From an uncultured delta proteobacterium (GTDB lineage: Bacteria; Myxococcota_A; UBA9160; UBA4427): DNA of 64,000 bases. The DNA is taken from NCBI GenBank assembly GCA_963822965.1, contig CAWGJT010000010.1, positions 1,143,790 to 1,207,789 on the forward strand, written 5' to 3'. Under the pieces are notes generated by a model. That model saw only the letters and a program-made list of their open reading frames with translations, searched no databases and was not told the DNA's origin. Positions 14,370 through 25,527 of this stretch are shown here, in pieces. Position 1 is the stretch's first letter, and each line of letters starts with the position of its first letter. The position numbers and the translations under genes were made by a program.

Positions 14370-15085
14370 CGAACTGGCGATGGGAAGGCTGACCACCGCT
14401 CTCGTGCCTTGAGGTGATTGTGGGACGAGGTCAAGCTCTCCACCGAGCAAGGCCGTCAACTCCATCGCCAAAGCGAGACCGACTCCCTCGCCTGCCCCCA
14501 GCGGCCTTGTTGCACCCCAACGTGTCCTGCGCGAGCGGCGTTAAGCGCGTCGCGGCTCAGCCCGTTCCCATCGTCCTTGATCTCCAGGGACACGCCCCAC
14601 TCCACGCCGTGGCGGTCACCACCACCCTCGCAAAGGGCTCCCCAGCGAGAACCCCATTGTCCAACAGATTCTCGACCACGGTGACCAGAAGCCGCGGAAC
14701 CTTGACTCGCCCAAAACTCTCACTCACCTGAACCTCAATGCAACAGTTCCTACGAATCCGCACCACGTTTGCCACTGCGAGGTCCAACTGCTCGCCCCAG
14801 CTCGACCTCTCCGGTCGCAGCAGACACCATCTCGTCTTTCCCGGCCGACACAATCTGCGCCAAACTCTCCGTGACGGCGTGCGCCAGCTCTAGGATTTCA
14901 CTTGCACTTCGAGATACGTCCGACGATCCGTCCCCCAGCTTCTTCGCTATCACTCGCAAGACGGCCAATTGCTTGCAGGCGTCGTGTGCATAGAGAGTCG
15001 CCGCTCGCCCCATCGCTGCCCAGCCTCTCGTATCGAGTTCGCTTTCCTCGCGCGCGCTACGCGCGCTCTCCGCCGCATTCCGCAC
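14370..15085 (-). pseudogene. Degenerate or frameshifted histidine kinase (HisKA-HATPase only)
   Basis: YAHDACKQL H-box-like; VVENLLDNGV N-box; IKDDGNG and GEGVGLALA...LLGGEL G-boxes in successive frames. Confidence 0.6.
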
Positions 15086-15285
15086 TTGGACCTCATGTGT
15101 CGCTGCGCTCCCATCGGCTATTCGACCCTTCGGTACCCGACGTCGCTATCAGCAAGCACCGTGCCATCCCAGCGGATCCTCGCCCTCCCCTGGATCGCCG
15201 ACGCCTCCGACAACGGGGCACGGGACGTGCTTCATTGGCCGAATGTGGCAACTTCATGGAGCCTCGATTTGTGGAGTCGCGGGCT

Positions 15286-18200
15286 ATGCGATACCGGTTT
15301 GGCGATGTCGTAATTGACGACCGCTCCCTGGAGATTTGGATCGCAAGGAGCGCTGGTCCGCACGGAACCCCTGGTCTTCCGACTCATTCTCCACCTGCTC
15401 CGAAACCGCGAGCGAGTGGTTCCCAAGGAAGAGTTCATTGAGGTTCTCTGGGACGGTCGCGCCGTCAGTGACTCCGCACTGACCCGAGCGATTTCGCACG
15501 CCCGGCGCGCCCTCAAGTCTCCTGCAGTCGAGCACCCAATCCGCACCGTCTATGGGACTGGCTACCAGCTGAACAGTCGGGCCGAGGTCATGGAGCTGTA
15601 CGAGCCGACGTCGCAATCCACCTCAGCGCCGCATAGCTTCGTCGGCCGCAAGGTGGAGCTAGAGCGTTTCTCCGCAGTGTTGGCGCATCTCGAAGCGGGA
15701 GCTGGCGGGATACACCTTGTCGCGGGTGAGCCCGGCATTGGAAAGTCCGCCCTCGTAGAGGAATTGATCGAGCTCGCGACGGCTCGCAGAATCGCAACCC
15801 GACTCGGCCGCTGCTTCGAATCCGGCGGCGCAGCGAGTTTCTGGCCATGGGTTCAAGTCCTTAGGCAAGAGATCGACGACCGCGGCTACCCATCCGAGTC
15901 TGAGATTGGCCGCACCGCGAGCGCGCGCATCACCCAGATGATTGGCGACCCGCTAACGGGTTGAATCAACAGTACGAGTCCGACGTCTCGGCCACGACAG
16001 ATCAAAGGCTGGCCCTTTTCCAGGCCATCGAGCGACTCTTCACGAATCGGGCCAAAACCTCCCCAACCCTGCTCGTCCTCGAGGATATTCATCGAGGAGA
16101 TGACGAAAGCCTCGCGCTGCTTCGATTCTTCTCGTTGCACATGCGCCCAGTGCCGATCACGATCGTCGCGACCTATCGGCCCTCGGATGCTCAGATCACG
16201 CCGGAGCGGGCTCATCTCATAGCCGAAATCGCGAATGGCCCACGTTCAACCGTTCACACGCTGGCGGGCTTGTCCGAATCCGAGGGAATGTTGCTCTTGG
16301 CAGGAATAGCGTCCGCTCCAGACGTCGCACATGACATCTACATCCGCTCCTCAGGAAACCCCCTGTTCTTGCTGCATCTAGCCGCGGCCGTCGATACGCT
16401 GGGCGTCGAAGCGGTGCGCCGAGACGGCGCCAGATTGCCCGAGGCGCTTCGCGACGCAATCGGGCTGCAGGTCAGCTCCGTCAGCAAGTCGACGCGCGAG
16501 GCTCTCTCGATGGCAGCCGTTGTCGGGCGAGAGTTCAGCCTGGAGGTCCTGCGTTGCCTAGTGCCGGACGCCGGTCGCATGCTCGCCGCGCTCGATGAAG
16601 CGCTCCTGCTAGGGCTAGTGGCCCATGCCCCCGATCACGGTATCGACTGGTATCGATTCAAGCACGTGCTAGTCCGAGACTTCTTGTATGAGACTCTGGG
16701 CGGAAGGGAACGGGCGGAGACGCACGTACTACTCTCGGGTCACGTCGCCAGAACCGACCACAGCGTCGGCCGAGCCGCCTTGCTGGCTTACCACGATCGG
16801 GCAGCCGTACCTCTGGTCGGACGAGAACCGGCGATTCACAGCACCGTCGAAGCGGCGGCAGCCGCGTCGGCTCGCTTTGCCTATCTCGATGCTGCAATGC
16901 AGTATCGCCTAGCGCTGGACCTCACGTCAGGCCAACCCAATTACCGTCGCCTCGAGTGCGAGTGCTATATCGGTCTAGCAGAGTCCCTCATGCGGCCGGG
17001 GATCGAAGCAGCGCTTGGACAGCGTGCACCGAGGCCGTAACCCTCGCTCGGCAATTGGCCGCGCCTGACCTGCTCGCCCGCGCCGCGCTCTCTCTTTCTC
17101 CGGGATTTCTGTCGATCGAGACGGGCCTCTATGAGCCAGAACACGTACAGCTCCTGCAGGAGGCGATCGAAGCCAACTCTTCTGCGGCTCCCGCGCTTCA
17201 AGTTGAGCTGCTCAGCAGATTGGTCACAGCTCTCTACTGGTCAGAATCGGACACCCGCGGCGCAAGTATGAGCGCCGAAGCGGTAAGAATGGCGGAACTC
17301 GCCGGAGACGATCGATCACTGGCCCTTGCGCTACATGCCCGACACTCCGCGCTCTGGCATCCCGACTTCACAGACGAACGAACAGCAATCGCGCGGCGAT
17401 TGGTGGCCCAGAGCAGAGAGGCTGACGACTTTGAGGGCTCACTGATCTATCGAGCCGGGCTAATCGCCGACCTGGCGGAGGTCGGTAGCAGGGCCGAACT
17501 TGCCCGTGAGGTTGAAAGCTTCTCTCGCGACGCCAGAAGCTCAGGGCAGCCAGACTCGATGTGGTTGGCACCGATGTTTGAGTCGACTATGGCCCTGATG
17601 GCGGGAGACTTTGGGCGAGCCACCGAGCTCGCGGTAGAGCTACAGGAACTGGGCTCTCGTGTTGGATCCGAGGATGCGCAAACCTGCTGGGCAGCACAGA
17701 CGACAATGACTTCGTTCGAGCTTGGTGCGGGCCCTAAAGTCATCGACAACCTTCAAGATCACGCAGCCAACCATCCGAATGTCTTTCGGCTGTTTCGAGC
17801 CGCTCCCGCTTGGGCAGCTGCAGAGTTCGGGGAGACCCAATCCGCGCGGGAGCACCTGAAGTTCTTTGCCGATTCGGCATTCGAGACGATTCCCAAGGAC
17901 ATGAACTGGCTCGGATCGCTCACCATCCTCGCGATGGCCAGTGCAGAACTCGAAGAGGTTGCATGGTCTGCGCATCTCTACGAGATGCTTCGGCCTTACG
18001 CTCACCGGTGCGCCGTGCTTGGCTACAACGTCATCTTCCTCGGATCCATAGCCACACACGTAGCGGGCCTAGGGTCCGTCTGCGGCAGGCACGGCGAGGC
18101 GCAGCACTACTTTGCCCAAGGGCTCCGAGCGAACGAGGAAATCGGCGCGCAACCTTGGGTGATCCGATCCCGATATGCGCAGGGAAGAGCGACAGCAAGA

Positions 18201-18323
18201 TCCGGAGATCTGGCTGGAGCTCGCGCCCTTTTGGAGCAAGCGCGCGCAGATGCGCAGGAGCTCGGCATGACTCACATCGCGAACAGATGCGGTGCAGCGC
18301 TCGCCGCACTTCGTGACCGCTGA
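15286..18323 (+). CDS. OmpR/PhoB-type winged-helix + AAA (STAND-like) + helical-repeat transcriptional regulator (frameshifted)
   Basis: MRYRFGD...HLLRNRERVVPKEE...IRTVYGTGY wHTH; FVGR...GEPGIGKS Walker A; LLVLEDIH Walker B; SSGNPLFL; TPR-like C-terminus. Confidence 0.85.
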
Positions 18324-18418
18324 GAGCAGACGGATCAGGATTCATCATACTCTCGTAAGGATCTCGCGGACCTCCGGCCGATAGGATTGCCGAGGTATTA
18401 CACGGCTTGGTCTTTCGC

Positions 18419-19396
18419 ATGAGTGAGTGCCTGACGAATGACAGGGAATCCGGACGGTCGTGGGATCGTTCCCTTGGGGGCATTTCCCTGGACCTGCTGG
18501 CGCGGATCGCCGCAACTCCTTCGACGGTCCTAATTCTGGGCGAGACCGGCTCAGGCAAGGGGTTCCTCGCGCGAGCAATTCACGAGCATTCCCCACGCAA
18601 TCGGGAACCTTTCGTTCACGTCGACTGCACAGCTCTCTCTCCGACTCTGATCGAGAGCGAACTCTTCGGTCACATACGCGGTGCGTTCACAGGAGCGATA
18701 AGCGGCCGCAAGGGGCGCTTCGAGCTAGCGGCATCCGGAACAATCCTCCTCGACGAGATTGCCAACCTGGACCTGAACGCGCAAAGAAAGCTTCTTCGCG
18801 TTCTAGACGAGGGAATTTACGAACGCGTGGGCAGTTCGGTGCCAATACGTCTAAATGCTCGCGTCATCGCCGCCACCAACCGGGAACTATCTGAAGCCGT
18901 TCAAAGCGGTGATTTTCGTAAGGATCTCTTCTATCGCCTTGCCGTCACCCGAATCCGCGTCCCACCGCTGCGCGAACGACTCGACGAGCTACCGTGCCTA
19001 GTCGATGCAGGCCTGGCACGTGCCGCCGCGCGACTCAACAGGCCCGTACCGCGCAGCTCCAGCGAACTCATTTCACAGCTTCGCGAGCATTGCTGGCCGG
19101 GGAATGTACGCGAACTCTTCAATGCTCTCGAACACGCTGCTGCGCACGCACCCGACGGCCGCCTTTGTCTTCGCTCTTGCGACTTGGATCTCGCCGACCA
19201 TGCGCTGAACGTAAGAATGGCGCGAACCCTCCGTGAACCAGCGTTCGCGTCGACCGCGTCACAGGATATCCAGGCGGTGCTCATTGCAACCGGAGGGAAT
19301 GTGTCTCGAGCAGCTCGCCGCCTCCGCATTCCACGCAGTACCCTGCGCTACCGCATCCTGCGCGCTGGACTCGAGCATCTGCTCGTACGTGACTAG
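18419..19396 (+). CDS. Sigma-54-dependent activator (AAA+ and Fis HTH, no N-terminal sensor domain)
   Basis: GETGSGKG, ESELFGHIRGAFTGA, LLDEI, FRKDLFYRL, WPGNVREL, GNVSRAARRLRIPRSTLRYRI. Confidence 0.92.
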   Translation: MSECLTNDRESGRSWDRSLGGISLDLLARIAATPSTVLILGETGSGKGFLARAIHEHSPRNREPFVHVDCTALSPTLIESELFGHIRGAFTGAISGRKGRFELAASGTILLDEIANLDLNAQRKLLRVLDEGIYERVGSSVPIRLNARVIAATNRELSEAVQSGDFRKDLFYRLAVTRIRVPPLRERLDELPCLVDAGLARAAARLNRPVPRSSSELISQLREHCWPGNVRELFNALEHAAAHAPDGRLCLRSCDLDLADHALNVRMARTLREPAFASTASQDIQAVLIATGGNVSRAARRLRIPRSTLRYRILRAGLEHLLVRD

Positions 19397-19461
19397 GACG
19401 GACTTGAGGATGCGCTTCTAGTCAAGCGTCAAACAAGCGGGCACAAAGGCGGCGTACAGTT

Positions 19462-20460
19462 TCAGCCCTGTCGAACGTGAACTCCGGACTCTCGGAGGAG
19501 AGCCAGCGCTGTCGATCCCAGCGGATAGTGGTCGTTGTACACCACCTCCACCAGCCCCGCGTTGATGATCAGCTTCGTGCACTGCAGGCAGGGCGAGAAG
19601 GTCGTGTAGATGGTGGCGCCACGCAGGCTGACGCCGTGGTAGGCGGCCTGGGTGATCGCGTTCTCTTCGCCGTGCGAGCACAGGCACTCGTCGAGACGGG
19701 TGCCGCCCTCGACGAGCTGGTTGCAGCGCGGGCAGCCGCCCTCGTTGCAGTTCGTGGTGCCGCGGGGCGTGCCGTTGTAGCCGGTCGAGATGATCCGCCG
19801 GTCGTTCGTGACGACGGCGGCCACCTTGCGCTTCACGCAGTTGCTGCGCGACGCGACCGTGCGCGCGATGCTCATGAAGTAGTCGTCCCAGCTCGGGCGT
19901 TCGAAGAAGAGGCTTCGCTCGAACACCTGCTGCGACTGGCGCTGGTGGAGCGATCTCCAGCTCGCCGTCGTTCGTCACCTCGAAGTCGGCCAGGGCCTTG
20001 ACGGCGTTGAGCTGCTGGGCGGTAGGATCGTCGCTGCCGAGCTCGCGGGCCTCGAGCGCCTCAGCTCTTCGAGGGTCTGCGGGTCGCCCTTGCGGCCGCG
20101 CCGGTTGAGTCGCTCGAGCCGGGTCTGGATGTCCGCGTCCACCCAGATGAGCTTGAAGGGGTAGCCGCTCGTCGCGGAAGACCTCGACCTCGGCGGGGTG
20201 GCGGATGGAGTCGATGGCGTAGTTCGTGTCGGAGCTTCAGGTTCTTGACCGCCAGCGGCCGCCAGCACGCCGGGGCCACCCGCCTCGCGCAGCTCGCGCC
20301 CGACGTCGATCATCCGCGCGCGGGTCTCTTCCAGGCCCCGGCGCGCCAGCTCCTGGCGGATCACGTCCGAGAGCGAGAAGGACGAGAAGCTCCTCGCCTT
20401 CAGGTAGTCGACGATCTCGCCCTTCCCCGCGCCGTTGGGGCCCGCGACACCGAAGATCAT
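19462..20460 (-). CDS. P-loop nucleotide-kinase-like domain fused to dCMP deaminase (frameshifted)
   Basis: GPNGAGKG...IDSIRHPAEV P-loop domain, then RPSWDDYFM...STGYNG...HGEENAI...PCLQC Zn-deaminase motifs; no clear independent start for the deaminase part. Confidence 0.8.
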
Positions 20461-20549
20461 GGGCGCACGGTACCCGCTGGCCGGCACGACGGTCAAGCGG
20501 CGCAGGCCCGCGATTGCGCCTGGGGAACCACTCTGTCAGCCTGCTCGCC

Positions 20550-21452
20550 ATGCGGGTGTTCGTGACGGGGGCGGCGGGGTTCGTGGGGGGGCACCTCTTG
20601 CTGCGGCTGCAGCGGCAGGGGTGCCAAGTGGTGGCCTGCGACCGCGAGGTCGACGTGACCGATCCCGTGGGCTTCCGGCGGGCCATCCGGCAGGCGCGGC
20701 CGGATGCGCTCATCCACTTGGCGGCGCAGAGCTCGGTGGCGGCTTCCTGGCGCGATCCCGCCGATGCCTATCGCATCAACTATCGCGGCACGCTCACGGT
20801 GCTGTCGGTGCTGCTCGACGAGGTGCCCCGGGCCCGGGTGCTGCTGATCGGCTCGTCCGACGCCTATGGGCCCGGCACGCCCAGCGGCCGGGACATTCGC
20901 GAGAGCGATCCGCTGGCGCCCGCCTCGCCCTATGCACGCAGCAAGGCGGCGGCCGAGCTGCTGGGCGGCCTGGCGGCGGAGCAGGGGCTTTCGGTGGTGC
21001 GGGTGCGCGCCTTCACGCACATCGGGGCGGGGCAGTCGGACCACTTCGTGGCCTCGAGCTTCGCCAAGCAGGTGGCCGAGATCGCCGCCGGCCAGCGGCC
21101 GCCCCGCATCGCGGTGGGCAACCTGGGCAGCGTGCGCGACCTGCTCGACGTGAACGACGTGGTGGACGCCTACGCCCGGCTGCTCGATCCGGCGGTACCG
21201 CCGGGCATCTACAACGTGGCGAGCGGCCGCGGTGTGGCCGTGCGCGAGGTGCTCGAGACCCTGCTCGACCTGGCGCAGGTGAAGGCCGAGGTAGAGGTCG
21301 ACCCCGCGCGCTATCGCAAGGCCGACTACCGCGTGGGCGATGCCAGCCGGCTGCGCCAGGCCACCGGCTGGGAGCCCCGCATCCCGCTGCGCGAGACGCT
21401 GGCAAACGTGCTGGCCTACTGGCGCCGGCGCACCGCCGCCTCTTCGCCGTGA
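20550..21452 (+). CDS. NAD-dependent epimerase/dehydratase (GDP-sugar reductase/dehydratase-like)
   Basis: VTGAAGFVG, HLAAQSSVAAS, YARSK and GNLGSVRD motifs. Confidence 0.88.
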   Translation: MRVFVTGAAGFVGGHLLLRLQRQGCQVVACDREVDVTDPVGFRRAIRQARPDALIHLAAQSSVAASWRDPADAYRINYRGTLTVLSVLLDEVPRARVLLIGSSDAYGPGTPSGRDIRESDPLAPASPYARSKAAAELLGGLAAEQGLSVVRVRAFTHIGAGQSDHFVASSFAKQVAEIAAGQRPPRIAVGNLGSVRDLLDVNDVVDAYARLLDPAVPPGIYNVASGRGVAVREVLETLLDLAQVKAEVEVDPARYRKADYRVGDASRLRQATGWEPRIPLRETLANVLAYWRRRTAASSP

Positions 21453-22372
21453 GACGTGCGGCCGTCGTCTACAACCCGGTGGCCGGTGCGGGCCGGGCCC
21501 AGGCGCTGGCCGAGCAAGCCGCCCGCATCCTGGAAGAGGACGGCTACACGGTGGAACGCCTGGCCACCCCCGGCCCCGGCGGCGCCGAGGCGCTGGCCCG
21601 CGAACACGCCCACGCGATCGACCTGCTGGTGGTGGCGGGCGGCGACGGATCGATTCGCGAGGCCATCGCCGGCCTGGGCCCCGAGAGCCGCCGCGTGCTC
21701 GTCGCCGTGCTGCCCTGCGGCAACGCCAACGTGGTGGCCCGCGAGCTACGGGTGCCCTTGCAGCCCGATGCGGCCCTCGCCCTGCTTCGCGGAGGCGAGC
21801 CCCGGCCGATCGACCTGGCGTATCTCAACGACGAGCTCTTCCTCGCCATCGTGGGCATCGGCTGGGACGCCCGCACCGTACACTGGCTGGCGCGCCTGCG
21901 ACGGACCCGCCTGGGCAGCTTCTGGTACCGCGTGTGGGCCGACAGCGTCTACTTCTTCGCCGGCCTGCTGGCCCTGTTCGCCCGCTCGCCCGCCGGCCTG
22001 CGCATCATCGCCGACGGCCGGCCGGCCCCCCGCCCCTACCGCACGGCCTTCCTCGCGAACTTCCGCTGCTACGGAAAGGGCTGGGCGATGGTGCCCGACG
22101 CCGACTGCGCGAGCGGACTCATCCACTACCAGGCCCGCAAGCGAGCCGGCTTCTGGTTCATCGCCTGGCAGCTCGTCGCCGCCATGCTCCGTAAGCGAAC
22201 GCCGGCCTTCATCTCCGACTACGCGCACGGGGGAGAGATCGTGGTCGAGTCGGACCGACCGTTCCCAGTGCAGGTTGACGGGGACGACCGGGGGGTGATG
22301 ACGAGGATCGCGATCCGGGTGGAGCCGGGGGCGGCGCGGGTGGTGGGGCCGCGGAGTGCCGCCGGCGATTGA
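21449..22372 (+). CDS. Diacylglycerol/lipid kinase family protein
   Basis: YNPVAG, VAGGDGS, LPCGNAN and VQVDGD motifs; GTGA overlap with the upstream stop. Confidence 0.88.
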   Translation: MRRAAVVYNPVAGAGRAQALAEQAARILEEDGYTVERLATPGPGGAEALAREHAHAIDLLVVAGGDGSIREAIAGLGPESRRVLVAVLPCGNANVVARELRVPLQPDAALALLRGGEPRPIDLAYLNDELFLAIVGIGWDARTVHWLARLRRTRLGSFWYRVWADSVYFFAGLLALFARSPAGLRIIADGRPAPRPYRTAFLANFRCYGKGWAMVPDADCASGLIHYQARKRAGFWFIAWQLVAAMLRKRTPAFISDYAHGGEIVVESDRPFPVQVDGDDRGVMTRIAIRVEPGAARVVGPRSAAGD

Positions 22373-22789
22373 ACGGCCAGCCTCCGGCAGGCACGAGCCT
22401 CGCGAGGAGGCGACGCTCGCTGCCCTCCAGCTTGCGGCAGAGGGTCCCACGTTCGGGTCGCGCCACTCCCCCCAGGAGATCGAAAGGTTTTCGACGCGTT
22501 GCGCGCTAAGGCTTCGCCGTCAGCCGACTGAGCGTGCTCGTCAAGCAACCCATCGGGCCGCCGCGGGACCTCGAAGTCGTCAGCAACAGGTGAGTCTCTC
22601 TCCAGAAACTCGCCGCTGTGAACGCCCGTCGAGAACGGCAGTCGCACGGCAGGGTGGGACCGGGCCTGGTGGCGTGTGCCGTCTCGAGCAGCATGCCCCG
22701 CGCTACCTAGGTGGGGCGCTCATGAACCTCAACCCCGCGCCCCTCGACGCGAGGACGACGTCGCCCGCTGCCGGCGAGCCGCCCTGGGC

Positions 22790-25069
22790 CTACCGGCCCC
22801 GAAGCAGCGCCCGCATCGCCCGCTCCAGGCGGACGAGCTGATCCGAGCTGAGCACGGCCTGGATCGACAGGCCCCCGGTCACCGTCCAGGCGATCCCGTA
22901 CCACGTGTTCTCGGTGCCCGACCAGCGGCGAATGCGGATCTCGTACTCCTCTCCGGGCTGCCCGGTGAACTCGGCGATCTCGTAGCTGTTGTCCCACGAG
23001 CCGCTGTAGCCCACCTGGGTGCCGTTCGAGTCGTAGATCTTGAGGTCGAGATCAAGCCCAAGGATGGAGAGCAAAGGCGAGTCCGGCAGCCAGGGGAGGA
23101 AGTCACGCCAGGTGTAGACCCTGCTGTTCCAGGCCAGGACGACCCGCACCTTCTGCGGCCCGTAGAGGAACAGCTGCTTGGGCAGCCTGGGAACCTTCAC
23201 CCGGTAGCGGAAGGTGGAGAGCTTCTGCTTGTCGAAGTCGCGCGAGCGCAAGGTGCCCACGTCCCATCCGCGCCAGCTTGCCGCGCCGTTGCGGCGGCTC
23301 CGCCGCTGGGTGATGCGGTAGCTCTCGAACGCATTCGCCGCGCCCGCGCCGTCCGCGGCGTCGTTTCCGGCCACGACGTCGATCCACCAGCGGCGCCCGT
23401 TCACGTTGCGCGATGCCCCGGCGAGGAGGATCGCCCGGCAGCCCTCCGGCCACCGCTTGAGCGTCGTGTCGGTGCTCTGGATGAGAGCCGCGATTCCAGC
23501 CACCCCGGGCGCGGCGAAGCTCGTTCCGCTGCTGGTCCTCCCAACCGCGGTCACGCTCGTCCCGTTGGCGCAGATCTCCGGCAGCTCCCGGTCCCCGTGC
23601 GGCGCGGAAGGATTCCGGTACACCGACGTGGCGGCCATCGCGGCGGCGGCGTCGTCATGACTGCCGACCGCCAGGCTGTTGTATCCCTTGTGGTTGACGA
23701 ACTCCACGTTCGGCGAGGCGTCGTTGCCCGAAGCCTGGACGATCGTGGGGAACGGCCAGTGCAGAACCCTCCAGTCCTTGTAGATGTCGTCGAACGACAA
23801 CCCGTCGTCCGTCTGCTCGTCGTCGCGGTGGAAGCTCTGGCTGATGACGGTGCACTGCGGGGTATCGAGCGCCCAGTCGAGCGCGTCGAGGTCGTAGGAG
23901 TTGGCGGAGTAGAGGAGGCAGGAGGGCGCATGGCCGTTCGGAGCCTTCTGCTGCTTGTTCCGCACGATGGCGTGCGTGAGCCTGGCATGGGCCGACGTGG
24001 ATGCGGAGCTCGACGTGTCGAACCGGCCCTGAATCTGGAGATTCGTGGTGACATCCGGTCCGCGTTCCCACACCGCCACGCGGATGCCAGCCCCCTTCAC
24101 TCCGGCCGCGTGGACCGTGCCGGAATCGGCGATGTCGATCGAGTCGACGAGATCGTCGAATCCCCTGGGATCGCGGAAGTAGACGCCGGCGATGTCCGGG
24201 CGCCTGGCCGCCCTGCGAATCTGGGCCGGCGTCATGGAGGCCGCGATTGCGGGAACGGCCGTGGCGACGCGTAGGTTCCTTGCTCCCAGGGCCTGCAGCC
24301 CGGCAGCCAGCTCGCCGAGCGCCGCCGTCATTGCCTTGCGTTCCCGAGCCACCTCCGCAGGAGCGCTATCGGCGCGCCGGGCACGCTGTCGGGTCGCCTG
24401 CTCGAACGTGATCGTCTCCTCCCTGTGCAGCCAGACGGCGATGGGAACCCGGGCGGTCGCGCGCAGCCCCTTCAACCGGGCATGAAGGCCGGGGTGAAGC
24501 TTGCCCACCCGCGCGAATCGACGGGCGACTATCTCGTACACTAGGCGCTCGCCGTCCACCTTGCGGCCCTGCTGATCGAACGCGAGAGCGATCGGCTTGC
24601 CCGTCCGTCGGTCCCGGGCCTTCAGCAGTTCGACGTACTTTCCCCGGGCCCGCGCATAGAGGGGCAGCCGCGTCACTTTTCCACGAGCCAGGCCGAGCCG
24701 AAGCGCGCTCTCGACGACGGCGCGCGGAGGCACCGTTCCGGCCGTCTCCGCCACGCTGAACTCGATCTGCGCGCCGGGTGCCACGAGCCGGTTCGAAGAC
24801 GAGACGAGCTTTCCGATGCGAAGAACGTGCTGCCCCAGCGGGAGAGCGCTCCTGGGGGTCCAGGTGAGGCGACGGCCCTCGCGGCTGACGCGCACGGCGC
24901 CCTCGCATCCCACGACCGACACCCCGTCCCTGGCGGAGTCGCCGTCGATCGCCGCGGTGGTTTCGACCACGATTCGACGAGGAGCAAACAGGATCTCTCC
25001 GGGTTCCACGGATACCGATCGGATTCCCTTGTCACGCACGAGACCGCCTCCCTTCCGGTTCGTCTCCAC
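22790..25069 (-). CDS. S8 (subtilase) family serine peptidase with N-terminal Ig-like region
   Basis: GTSFAAPGVAG (Ser), QASGND (oxyanion Asn), SAHAR (His), IRVAVWERG (Glu at the Asp position); PPC-like DLDLKIYD C-terminus. Confidence 0.8.
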   Translation of the reverse strand: METNRKGGGLVRDKGIRSVSVEPGEILFAPRRIVVETTAAIDGDSARDGVSVVGCEGAVRVSREGRRLTWTPRSALPLGQHVLRIGKLVSSSNRLVAPGAQIEFSVAETAGTVPPRAVVESALRLGLARGKVTRLPLYARARGKYVELLKARDRRTGKPIALAFDQQGRKVDGERLVYEIVARRFARVGKLHPGLHARLKGLRATARVPIAVWLHREETITFEQATRQRARRADSAPAEVARERKAMTAALGELAAGLQALGARNLRVATAVPAIAASMTPAQIRRAARRPDIAGVYFRDPRGFDDLVDSIDIADSGTVHAAGVKGAGIRVAVWERGPDVTTNLQIQGRFDTSSSASTSAHARLTHAIVRNKQQKAPNGHAPSCLLYSANSYDLDALDWALDTPQCTVISQSFHRDDEQTDDGLSFDDIYKDWRVLHWPFPTIVQASGNDASPNVEFVNHKGYNSLAVGSHDDAAAAMAATSVYRNPSAPHGDRELPEICANGTSVTAVGRTSSGTSFAAPGVAGIAALIQSTDTTLKRWPEGCRAILLAGASRNVNGRRWWIDVVAGNDAADGAGAANAFESYRITQRRSRRNGAASWRGWDVGTLRSRDFDKQKLSTFRYRVKVPRLPKQLFLYGPQKVRVVLAWNSRVYTWRDFLPWLPDSPLLSILGLDLDLKIYDSNGTQVGYSGSWDNSYEIAEFTGQPGEEYEIRIRRWSGTENTWYGIAWTVTGGLSIQAVLSSDQLVRLERAMRALLRGR

Positions 25070-25527
25070 TCACCGGCCTACCGCGGCGGAGCCACTGAAG
25101 ACCAGGTCGATGAAGCCGGCCATGTCGCCTCTGGTTCCGCATTTCATGCTCTGCCGACACAGACTCGCTGTCAACCAGAATGGAACGTCCAGCAGCCTGG
25201 CGGCCAGCCCCCCTGCAAGCCGGCTTGCAGGGGCGTCGCCGACGCCTGGCGGTGTATTGCGACGCGCTCGCCCTCGGCCGGCGACGGAGCCCACCCCAAG
25301 CGGGAAGGAGCTGCTCGGGGCTCGGCCCGCGGGTCCAGGGACTTGGACGGGATCGCTCGCGTCTCACGCGCTCCAGGAGCACGATGCGGGGTCGGGGCGA
25401 TGATCTGGCAATGGGAGCTTGGCGCCGAGCCGCCTGCCAGGCACTCCCGAGGTTGCCCGGCCGGCAGGGGTGTGGCGCAGCGCTAGACTGGCTCCCGAGG
25501 TGTGGGCTTGGACTGGAGGCGCGTACT

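Noticed and set aside
22372..22790. Possible gene remnant between the lipid kinase and the subtilase
   Set aside because: No recognisable motif in any frame.
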